A stretch of DNA of 53,814 bases, the filler included, from Porpidia crustulata (Eukaryota): assembly GCA_964255105.1 (NCBI GenBank). It is 3 parts of 3 records of this genome, joined end to end, with 100 filler letters (N's around TTAATTAATTAA, not from the genome) between each part and the next. Parts side by side here need not be neighbours in the genome. Positions count along the whole stretch, not along the records: positions 1 to 17,890 come from CAXUWE010000201.1; positions 17,991 to 35,855 come from CAXUWE010000202.1; 1 more part is not named here. One strand, given 5' to 3'. The notes under the pieces are model-generated. The model did not search any database. It worked only from the letters and a program-made list of their open reading frames with translations, and was not told where the DNA came from. Shown in pieces: positions 12,020 to 22,433 of this stretch. The position numbers and the translations under genes were made by a program. Numbering within the stretch: position 1 is the first letter of the stretch; each line of letters begins with the position of its first letter.

Positions 12020-13913
12020 ATGGATTCACTGTCTTCACAGGATTTTCTGGTCTCCCGTTTCTCACAGCAGCCTGCGTTATTCACTGCTGTATCAGCACCA
12101 GTGTTTCTGCTGATATGGAGACTGTGGAGGTTCACCATTACTCCAATCCTCTATCCAATGAGCCCCAAAGAGCTTCCATACTGGATCCCATGTAAGCTTC
12201 ATCGCCAATCTACAAGCTTCAGCCTGGTCTGCTGACAAGATCATTTGTAGATCTAGGTATGCGTTCTCTTGAGCTTCTAGTTCGCATTACGCTCGCTTTA
12301 CTCACAGGACGCACATCTTAAAGGGCACACTATCCCTTTCTTTCTGAATTCTTATAAAATCTTGGAGAAGGGGCGGTAAGACCGACTATGATATTTTGTT
12401 AGCGCCGAGATGAGAAATTGACATATCTATAGCAAATATTTTCGGAACTCCAAAGAGCCATATTCAATCACTGTGGCCGGGCAAGTGATCTACATTATCA
12501 CATCTCCCGAAGATGTACAGGAACTCTACAAGCACACCACCACTATTTCGTGGTTACGTTTTGTCCAGGACCTGTATCGATGGATTGGCATTTCGCAGCC
12601 AAATATTGATAAACTTTGGCGAGCTCCAACAGAAGACCAGAAAGCCAAAGATCCTACGCGAAAGTTTCCCCCGAACCAGATGGTCGAGGAGTATCAATTT
12701 CACCAACTGCTTCCGGGTGAGAACCTGGACAAGATTGCGAAAACCTTTGTCCGATACGTCGACGAAAAGGTGCGCTGGCAGCAGCTCCAAAAGAAGTGTC
12801 CCTATATTCAAGGATCTTCTCCCAATTCCGTTAAGATATCGCTGATGGACTGGACCGCGGATGTCTTCCTCCACACCACTACGGAGATATACTGGGGAAA
12901 AACCATATGGGAAGTTGCTCCCAAGTTAATCGAATCCTTCTTGAAGTGGGAAGAGACGACTTGGAAATACGTATTCCAGCTTCCACGCTTCCTGAGCAGA
13001 GATATGTACGCGGCAAAAGACCAGCTTGTCGACGCGTTTACGGCCTACTTTGAACAACCGAAGAGCAAGAGGGGAGATGCCACCTATTTCGTCGTGACGG
13101 CGGAGGAAGAACTAAGAGAAATTGGATTCAAAGATCATGATGTTGCGAAAGTGAACATGCTGCAACACTGGGCGTAAGTAAAGTTCGGAGGATCGATTGA
13201 TCCCCCCACAACTCCTTGTCTTCATCCAATTGTTTTCACCACCTGGAATCCCCGATAGCTCATGTGATTTTAGCGTCAACGGAAATATCCACAAAGTGAC
13301 TTTCTGGATCTTCGCCTATCTCGCTCACAACCCCAAATTGCTTGAAACCATTCGAGCGGAAACCATGCGTGGTGTGGTCGACGATATTCCCGATGTCCCG
13401 TACCTGATTGGGGAATGCCCCCGATTGGAGGCGGTATTCCTTGAGGTCCTGCGCTTGAAAACGTCGAGTTCCTTGATGCGCTATGTTACAGAAGCAACCA
13501 TGATCGGAGGCAAAATGCTTCGAAAAGGCCACAACGTCATGGTACCCTACCGTCAGCTGCACTTTAGCGAGGACGTTTGGGGAGACAATGTTGCCCAATT
13601 CGATCCGGAACGCTTCTTGACACAGCAACACTTGTCGCGGAGCTCAAGTTTTCGGCCGTTCGGCGGAGGCCAGCACCTGTGCCCCGGCCGTTTTCTCGCA
13701 AGGCGCGCCGTCTTTACGTTTGTGGCTCTTGCCCTCTCAAGATTTGACATTAGCCTCGACACGGCAACGATTGAGGAGCGGCGAGATTGCAAAGTCGGTG
13801 GATGCATGCCGTCCTTTCCCAGAGCGGACGAATCAAAGCCGGGACTTGGGACACTGGCACCAATTGCCGGGGATGGAGTGATTTTGCGACTCCAACCTCG
13901 TGACCACACGTAG
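12020..13913 (+). CDS. Cytochrome P450, CYP7/CYP8-like clan; exons 12020-12191, 12251-12256, 12324-12375, 12433-~13174, ~13274-13913
   Basis: PKELPYWIPYLGH after splicing; I-helix HWA-VNGN; LEVLRL (ExxR); FDPERF; FRPFGGGQHLCPGRFLA haem motif. Confidence 0.93.
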
Positions 13914-14265
13914 CCCAAGCTTACCTATAAATCAAAGTCGACATTCTCTCAGCTGTGTCGAAGTCGGATCCTACAGTGTAGCAAAACCAGCTCTTGGACT
14001 GCGGACGCTGATCGGCAAGCTCGAGTTGGACCGGAACGGAAAGTGTGATAGATTTTACTTTCTTTACTGTTCTGGGATTGGGAAAATCTCCGCATCGCTT
14101 GCTTTCGTGATGGTGTACTCGTCAGAATCTATCTTGGGCATTCGCTCAGTCATATTAGATCAAGCTTCAATTATGAATCATTATATTTGGAGCCGGACCT
14201 TGTAGTCTCGAGCACATCAACCTTACTGCTAGCGCCATTCTCCGACGTGCTGTGTGTGGATCATG

Positions 14266-16051
14266 TCAAACATCATGCCCAGTCTTAGTTTTCTTTTCTT
14301 TCAGGCCAAACTCAGTCTCTAACTCGGTCCTCAGTTCGATTTCCTTCTCGAAAAACACAAGGAAAAAGCCCAAGCCAGAAATGCCGACAGCAGCCTGCCA
14401 CACAAGTTTCAAACTGTCGGAGTAAACACCGATGACTTGATTTTGTAGAGCTGGTCGATCTCGAAGAGAGTTCACAAAGTTGCCAGTCGCATGTTCGTAT
14501 GCCTGACCTCCGGAGAGCAGCATTCTTACTGCAGGATCACTTATCCGCATAGAAAGGCGTGCAAATCGATTGTTGAAAATAACCGCAGAGATTGTGATTC
14601 CCCATATTGTTCCAAAGCTGCGTGATACTGCCCAAATCCCTGTTGCTGTAGCCGAGTCGGCCTCGGAAAGCTCTGCTTGGGCTGCAGCTAGTAAGGTCCC
14701 AATAGAAAGGCCCGTGCCGGCAGCAAAGATAATCTGAAATACGATCCACATAGCCGTTGAAGAACGATTGTCGAGCAGAGTGAAGGTCCCAAAGCCGATC
14801 GTCATGAGGGCAAAACCAGCGTGATGAAAAGGGCGATATCTGCCGAATTTCTGCATTGCACCACCACCAATTGCGCCAAAGACCATGAGCATAATGACGG
14901 TTGGCAGCATCTGGACTCCTGATCGAGCTGGTGTCGAGCCCAGGACTGCTTGAAAATATATTGGCATGAAATATATCTCCCAGTACATGAGAAGAGTGTG
15001 AATGAATGTAAGAGCGAATGCTGTTGCGGAAGTCCTGTTTGCAAAAAGCTGTGGCGGCAGAGTGGGTTCGACGCACAGCTTTGAGACTTCGAATATGTAG
15101 AAAAGCCCTAATCCGACAAAGCCTGCTACCAGGGGAAAGATTATGCGCCAGGATGACCAGGAATATCTTGTTCCCCCATTTGTGAGCGCAATCAAGATGG
15201 ACGTGGTGGCAGAAATAAAGATGGCGTTGCCCGTATGGTCGACTCTTCTGAACTTTCCCATAAACGTCGACTGCTTTTCGTACCTGACGTGTAGGAAGGC
15301 CAACAGAAGGATCATTGCGACAGCCCCAATGGGAAGATTGAGATAGAAAACCCAGCGCCAAGTGGTAGTCTCCACAATAATGCCACCAAGGAAAGGTCCT
15401 AGACCAGTTCCTATGGTGACTGCACCAAAAATGATGCCCATGACACTGCCACGCTTTCTGAGTGGCACCAGGTCACAGACAATGAGATCAACAAGCATGG
15501 TGACGCCACCTCCACCGATACCTTGAATTGTACGCCCCGCAATGAGCATGGTCATACTACTCGCACCCCCGCTGATCCCACTACCAAGCATAAAGAATGA
15601 TATTGCGAATAATATAAGAGAACGCCGGCCAAAGATGTTGGCGGTCTGACCGTATAACGGCTGCAAGGCAGTACTTAGTTCAGTCATTGCTGTCAGCTTG
15701 CGAAACAAGGACTTTCATAGCGAAAAAGGATAAGGATCGGGACATGTACCTGGTTAAGAAGTATGAGTTTACTACCCACACGTACAATTCCCCGCCATGG
15801 AGATCTTGGATAATGCTAGGCAAGGCGGTCGATACAACAGTACCTTCCATCGCCGGTAATAGAGCTGTGACAGAGAGCGCTGTGATGACTGCCCAATACC
15901 GCCACCCATAATTAAGTTCCGTCTTGCCATTAGTGACTTCTCCCTCGACATGGACACTTTTTGGCCCTTTGGCTTTGGTAGGTTCGGAAATAGAGCAATC
16001 TTCGAATTTCAAGTTTTTATTTGCGTCTGGACCACAAAATGCAGCTGCCAT
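14266..16051 (-). CDS. MFS drug/metabolite exporter (DHA2-type, about 14 TM), 2 exons
   Basis: MEGTVVSTALPSI; YGQTANIFGRR (motif A); GRTIQGIGGGG; GPFLGGIIVETTTWRWVFYLNLP. Confidence 0.93.
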
Positions 16052-16932
16052 GCGAAGGTTCGACGCAAGACCTCGTGGATCTTTTGCTGGATGACATTCT
16101 TAGGCAGAGGTAGCGGGGTGTACCAGAAGATATAGGAAGTAAAAGCCGTGGAAGACCTGCAGTATCAGGTACCGATGTAGCTCAAGTCTTCCTTGCATAC
16201 TAAGCGAGCTAGCCTAGGAAATTATTCCCCGGCTGGGATCTTAACTCTTCTTTACGAAGGTAGGGGCTGGAAAAACGCCAACGGGTATTATGTTCGTTTT
16301 TCTGACTTGGTTTTACCCTACCTTAGACTACTTTAATCTTTATGCAATTACTCGTATCTGTGAGTTGTAGCTACTCCGCAGGGATCCTGCTGATCTGTGA
16401 TACTGTGCCACCCAATTGGCCATACGTCCCATGAAACATGCAAGAGCATCCTACACCTCAACCATTTCGGAAGTACCATGAACCACACGAATCAATCAGC
16501 GCTCTTTCGAGTGGATTGTAGAGAGATTTCCAAGAGTGGCTAGAGCTGATTAGGAATAAGGTAATGAAACGCTGATCATCACATTTTTTATTTCCTGCAA
16601 GCTGTGTAGTTGCCTGGTTGCACTTTGAGGTATGATTCGAGAGCGAGCGAGATGCCTCAGCAGACGATCTTGGTTAGCGTTCCGGAGTTGAGAGGGTGTG
16701 TCGTGGGTGAGCGAACGAGAATACAATAGGACGAATGCATTATCCCAATTATCCCCGCCGATAGTATAGCGATCTCACTGCCGAGTTCAATACCCAATTT
16801 AGGTTTGGAGGCGGAAGGGCTTACCGAACTGCGTCCGCCTACAAGTTGCTCCTTTTTCTATCGCCAGTATTTTATCTTGAATGACTTGTAACTTTCATTT
16901 TGTTCACCAACACAGACTTGCGTCCGCAAGCA

Positions 16933-17381
16933 ATGGAGTCATATATATTTTCATTTAACCGCCTCCTTCCACTGTGGATTCTTTTGGTACCTAAGCTCCA
17001 ATCTTCCAGCCCTCTTGCTTGCAGTACTAATTTTCGAATGCGGTCTAGACGTCTCTGATGGCGATCGGGCAAACCTTCGCCGCCTACACGAATTCCGGTC
17101 GAGCAGGGAATGCCACTGGCGAAGCAGCGCTCTCTGTACGCAGATTCGGCACATGGACCTTCTTGGCTGGCATCATCCGTCTATACGCAGCCTACAAGAT
17201 CGACTGCAGCGAGCTTTACCTTCTCGCAATGTGGACATATGGTATTGTTGTTACCCATTATACTGTGGAGTGGGTGGTCTTTGGGATACATGATTCAGGG
17301 AGAAAAGGGGCTCTGCTCGTATCTATATGCTCTTTGTGCTGGATGATTGCGCAGTCAAACTCTTTCGGCAATGCTAGTTAG
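16933..17381 (+). CDS. ERG28-like: Erg28-like ER membrane protein (diverged), 128 aa; exons 16933-16986 and 17049-17381
   Basis: Spliced protein MESYIFSFNRLLPLWILL|TSLMAIGQTFAAY...RRFGTWTFLAGIIRLYAAYKID..LYLLAMWTYGIVVTHYTVEWVVFG matches the Erg28 pattern LPxWLL..S..N..Q.Y...RTFGTWT....IRLY.AY......LY....T...A..HF..E..VF; intron GTACCT...TACTAAT...CTAG. Confidence 0.85.
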
Positions 17382-17890
17382 ATAGAAACTTTCGCAAAAA
17401 GGCGATTCCGTCTTCTGAGAATCAGGTGACCGAATTGTCGAGTCATTGGGAGTAACGCGACCCAGTCCATAAAATTCGGCTGAATTTAGTTGGTATTCGT
17501 AAAGAATTTCCTCGACCTTCAGAACGAGACTGGTGGCATGTACAGCGCTATGGAAATAAAATCGTAAAGTCGCCATAATATAGATGGTGTCGCATCAACG
17601 GCGAGAAGATAATGATAACCCTTGGGCAACAGCCTAACTCGAGTTCAGAGCTGTCTTTAGCGTAGCCTTACGGGCCCTTCTAAAGTTCAGGCACGCTAGG
17701 TTCTTAGCTTCAGACCCAAGCAAGGGATCCCAGCCTAGATCTAACCTGGATCTAACCTAGCATGGCACAGAGTAAATATCTACCTTACACTGTATCCGGG
17801 CGAAATGTTGTTAGGCCACTACACTAAGCTCCCTACTAGCGCCTAATGGTGAGTGCCAGAATATTCGACCTTCCTTCCTACCTTCCTCCC

Positions 17891-17990
17891 NNNNNNNNNN
17901 NNNNNNNNNNNNNNNNNNNNNNNNNNNNNNNNNNTTAATTAATTAANNNNNNNNNNNNNNNNNNNNNNNNNNNNNNNNNNNNNNNNNNNN
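17891..17990. other. Assembly gap linker (44N-TTAATTAATTAA-44N)
   Basis: Exact 100-nt symmetric spacer with stop codons in all six frames; same structure at 35856-35955. Confidence 0.97.
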
Positions 17991-19699
17991 CTAGCGGTGG
18001 TGGACGGGCCCGGAAGTGCGGTCTTGGACGTGGAGCCCGAGACGGGGCCCAGGCCGGGGATGGCGAGGGGGAAGCAGCTGGAGAAGAGGGGCAGGTTGAG
18101 GAGGGAGATGAGTCTTTTGGTGAACGTTGGTTGTTTGCTGCTGCCGAGGGTGGCGTCGACGTTCAGATCAACCTCGATCGCGAGCGTGGACGTGAGCTGG
18201 ACGCCTGTGGTGGATGAACCCGGGGTTTTGGTGCAGAGGCCCTTGGGGTCGTACGCGGCGGTCAGGGCGGCCGAGACCGAGGGGAGCTTGAGCACCATGG
18301 CGACGTCGAAGGTGCCGACGCCCGTGAGCTCGATGCCGAAGGCGAGTTTGGGCTGGGCGAAGGCGGCGGCGGTGACGGAGGCCGAGAGGGCGGTGACGTC
18401 GAAGTTGGGAGTGATCTTGCCGCCGTCGAAGCCCGTGGCGGACGAGGCGCCGGGGTTTTGGATGTCGGCGGTGATTTGCGCGGTGTCGGGGACCGAGGCG
18501 CTAAGGCCGTAGGCGAAGGCGGCGGTGCCTTTGACCGAGGCGGAGACGCCGACTTCGTAGCTGATGGTGGTGCCGAGGTGGAAGATTCCCGTGATGGCGA
18601 TGCCGGCGCCCGGGACGCCGGCGGCGAAGAGTTCTTTGGTGTAGGAAAGGGCTTTGAGGGCCTCGACAGCGGAGACGGTGGTGGTGAGCTGGAGGTCGGC
18701 GGTGAAGCCTTTGGGCTGGCCTTGCAGGGTCAGGGATTTCAGGGAGAAGAAGGATACGGAGACGTGGCCGGTGAGGGTGAAGGAGCCGGTGGTGAAGCAG
18801 TTGACGCAGTCGATGGAGACGCGTTGTTTGATGTCCGGGTCGGTGAAGATGTTGGTGACTTTGCCCGGGGTTCCAACATTAAGGCCGAAGGTGATGGATT
18901 TGCTGAGATCGAGGTTGCCCGTCAAGGCGCCCCCTATGCCCGAACCAATGCTGGAGATGCCGTTGCCAATGTCGCCAAGCAAGTCACGTTTGGCTGTGGG
19001 GCGTTGGTAGGGAATGACCTTGCCAAAATCCATCTCGTACGTGCCTGCTACTTTGTCCCATGAGGCTGTCTTGGATGTCAAGTGTGTTGTAAGAGTTTTC
19101 GAATCCTCGACTAGGTCCGTGATGCTGCATCGATGTCAGTATAGATACTGGAAATATAAATGGTGATTCTTACTAGTACGGTTGTCTTTCGTCGGCAGGA
19201 CTGCAGCCCTCGTGATTGGCAATCAATAAAAATTTCTTCTCCGGTGCCGAGTTAATATAGTTCCACTGCTTCACCGCATAGCTAAAGGCAGCTTCGGACT
19301 TGAAGGTCAAAGACATGGCTCCATCGGCGCCGCCGCAGTCGACGGATTTGGTCAGGCCTTCGAAACGTTCCATCATGATCATCTGTAGGCCATCCGGAGC
19401 ATATAGTGTCATGTTGGCGAATAATAGCTGGCCATGTTCTACTGAATGTCAGTTCAATATCTTTTGGGGAGGATTTTCCGGAAGTACTTACCACCGGGAG
19501 ATCCGTACACCAATTGTGATTGGCTTTCTAGATCCAGATGAGAGAAATCCTCTGTTGATCGACGGTGCAAGCCTTGGGCATGTTCAAACGCAAAAATGTT
19601 AATGGGTGTGAGAACCTGAGGACCTGGTTCGGCGTTTGCAGAGACAAAGACCGGGAGCGCAGATAGCACTGCTCCCAATGCCAACGAGTGTACACGCAT
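17991..19699 (-). CDS. Secreted/cell-surface protein (DUF7029/DUF7223-like), 3' end lost in the gap
   Basis: Signal peptide MRVHSLALGAVLSALPVFVSA; MMERFEGLTKSVDC; LIANHEGC; IDCVNCFTTGSF; beta-rich Thr/Ser/Gly C-terminal region; two introns; family call from memory of motifs. Confidence 0.72.
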
Positions 19700-20506
19700 G
19701 ATGCCGGTAATGCCAAGTCTAAGCTCTTAGTGTCTTGATCAACAAGGATATTAACAAAAAAGAGAGACTAAACCAAGAAAGAAGCAGAAAAATTAAAGAC
19801 TGTGATCCTACCAACATCGAATGATGCCACTGGGGAGCGGAAAGATACTATATAAATTGCTCGAGACCAGAGCGACGAACAACGAGATGGTAAAAGACTG
19901 ATGCAAGGATTTCAGCCCCAATTGTGATGAGCATGAGCTGCAGGGACACATGACAAGTGGTGTGCTAGCATAGCTTCAGATAATTAATATAATAGCTAGA
20001 GCACGGGGAGTATCAGCCAAGACAATCGTAGAACGGCCCTCCCTGTACGCGTTGCATTAGCAAGGCGAAAACCACTAGATGATGACGGAGATCTATCAAG
20101 TAGCTAGCTGGTCATGCTACTCCCTAAGTCGTGATAGTAGACGTAGTGTACTCGTTTGACGAGCGAGGTGGAGGGCGGGAGGGGCCGACATGCGCATCAA
20201 GATACTCGTACCATCGGAGTCCCTACAAGGAAGCTCCCAATGTTGAAGTCATTACCACACAGCCTACCACTGACTCCAGAGGATCCACTAACAGCAACCC
20301 CAAGTAACATTTTGAGGTCCACTTGAGACCGAGAGCAGTGCTGAGGGAGATTAGAAGGATAAGCAGAACGGAAGTCTTCCCGCAACGTCAACTTCAGCCC
20401 ATGTCATCGTCAACGCTACAGGTGGCATGGGCGTGGCTTTGATTGGTGCTTGGCGACAAGGCGAGGATTGTGACCCCGACGGACTCTGGGGGCGGAAAGG
20501 TTGAGT

Positions 20507-20566
20507 GGAAGGTATGGTGGGATGATGGAAGGTGGTTGAAGGTGATTGAAGGTGGGATGAAGTTGG
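20507..20566. repeat. Degenerate ~9-bp tandem repeat (TGAAGGTGG-like)
   Basis: tggaaggtatgg...tggaaggtgg ttgaaggtga ttgaaggtgg gatgaagttgg. Confidence 0.55.
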
Positions 20567-22433
20567 CAGAGTTTCAGACATTGGGCGATCAGGCAGACTA
20601 ATCCTGATATCAACTAGAATTGGCCCTAATTCGCTTAATTCGCAGTCACGGGTGTACCCTAATGTAAGCCATCTGCGGGCGATGCTCCTTAGCCACTTTC
20701 AGGGCGCCACCGCCATGTGTTTGTCGTCGTATCCTTCCTCCACCAATTGAATTGGAGAGATCTTTCCGGGGCGTTAAGGTAGTGTCAGGAACGGCTGCCA
20801 TGACAGTACTAGCCTCAGGTACCATATACGAATGCACTCTTTCCTCTGGCCATCACCAACCCATCATCTTTTGTCCCTCGCCTATACGGATGCCCATCTT
20901 ACAGGCAAAAATGCGTATGCACGATTTCCGAACGTTCATCTTGATAGTGTCGTTCCGAGTGTTTTCTGCATACAGCTTGAGGCTGAGGAGATTCTGCGAG
21001 GTGCTGGCCTATGCGTCTCTGTTACCGAATTACGTCAATTATTATCAGTTGTACATCTCCTTCGCTACCATGCTCGGCATCTTCAATTGAAATGCGTATT
21101 CCTTCTCCCCAAAGTAGTGATCCTAGTCCGCTCAGAGTGTCGTCTTTTGGGTATCGCGGGCCACGAGTCCTTAAGCCGGCTCTTGAAACTGGTCGATGTC
21201 ACCGTGGTCTGTGCTGAATAAGCTAGACCCCGAGTCACGTCGGGCTTCGGTCCTCAATGAGATATCAGACACTTTCATTAATCTATCTCAGTCGACATTC
21301 GGAGCGTGACCAGCCCGGTAAGGTGCGGTCGATTACGCCGTGGCTCAATGCTCTTGATCTCGATACAAAGTTACTAAGAATATGTCTTGGGTTAGACAAA
21401 ACGGTACGGATCGCGATATGAGGATGTCGATTGAATATCGCCAACAGACTATCTGCTTCACTGAGTATTCGAACATGGCAATGTGCATGACAATGACAAC
21501 TCGGGGCATGGGACTCGAAGTACAAAGACTCGACACATCCGTAGTCGAAAGCAAAACTAGAAATGCACAGCCTCGCGTGACCTTGTAGAAGTCTGTAAAG
21601 TCGGATGAAGCAATATATCTATACGCCGCGATATCAAGCTCGATCGAGATAGACATAAGTGACGTATGACAATAGAACCGAATTAAACGATAGCAACGTT
21701 CCACCTAGCTTGAAGGAACAATGCTGCTCACGCTCCTTGCAGCTGCTCTTCCGAATCTAATGATCCCGGTAATGTAGAGCGCGTGGAGAATAACGCTAAA
21801 TGGATGTTTTGGGGATCGTATCAGTAAAATAAAGGTCTAAGTGGTTGATAAATGTCTAATTTATTCAACAATGCCAGCCTCTGGTTGACGGTCAAGTGAT
21901 ACCCTCTGTTGATTTAAGTAGTGTAGACCAGGCGTATTCCGTAGGATATAATAAGTTCATATTTGTTCCCTAAGAAGGGCGTAGACCAGATGTGTTTTGT
22001 GGAGTATGATATATTCTTACTCGAGCCCTTAAGTTAATGGTTTCTACGTCTGTTTCCGATCGAGTACATCGTTTTGAGATGGCTGTCTTTTGTATCTTTC
22101 CCCCGACTTCGTCTGGCTTCCATCGTGCCTGTTACTTCGTAGCCATAACGTAATGACTGAGAGATTACTGCAGCTCAACAAATCCACAATCGTCCCATAT
22201 CGACATCTGTACCTAGCCTAGCAAGACCAAGACTGCGGTGACCAAAGGCGTGAGAGGTAAGACGTAGGTGTAGCTTGGAGCTATGCGTATTGCCGAATGA
22301 ATCGTCCCTCCAATGTATGATTACTAGAACAGGCACATTAATCGCACTGTATATTATGATATCGAGCTTAGCGCTGGATTGCCCTTTAATCTTGGCATAC
22401 AATTTTTCCTGAAATGAACATTTATTCTTACGC

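Noticed and set aside
2980..16760. Shared TATTCCC(C)G-like Zn2Cys6 motif in cluster promoters (about 2986, 11659, 16224, 16750)
   Set aside because: Too short and degenerate to separate from chance without a statistical motif search
17935..17946. Palindromic TTAATTAATTAA as a biological element (also at 35900-35911)
   Set aside because: Sits exactly between two 44-N runs at both sites; standard artificial contig linker
17997..19063. Long plus-strand ORFs (171, 201, 118 aa)
   Set aside because: Antisense shadows of the GC3-rich minus-strand gene; no recognisable motifs
20197..21704. Several overlapping 60-130 aa ORFs suggesting a gene or pseudogene
   Set aside because: No recognisable domain or consistent splice model on either strand; a decayed gene cannot be fully excluded
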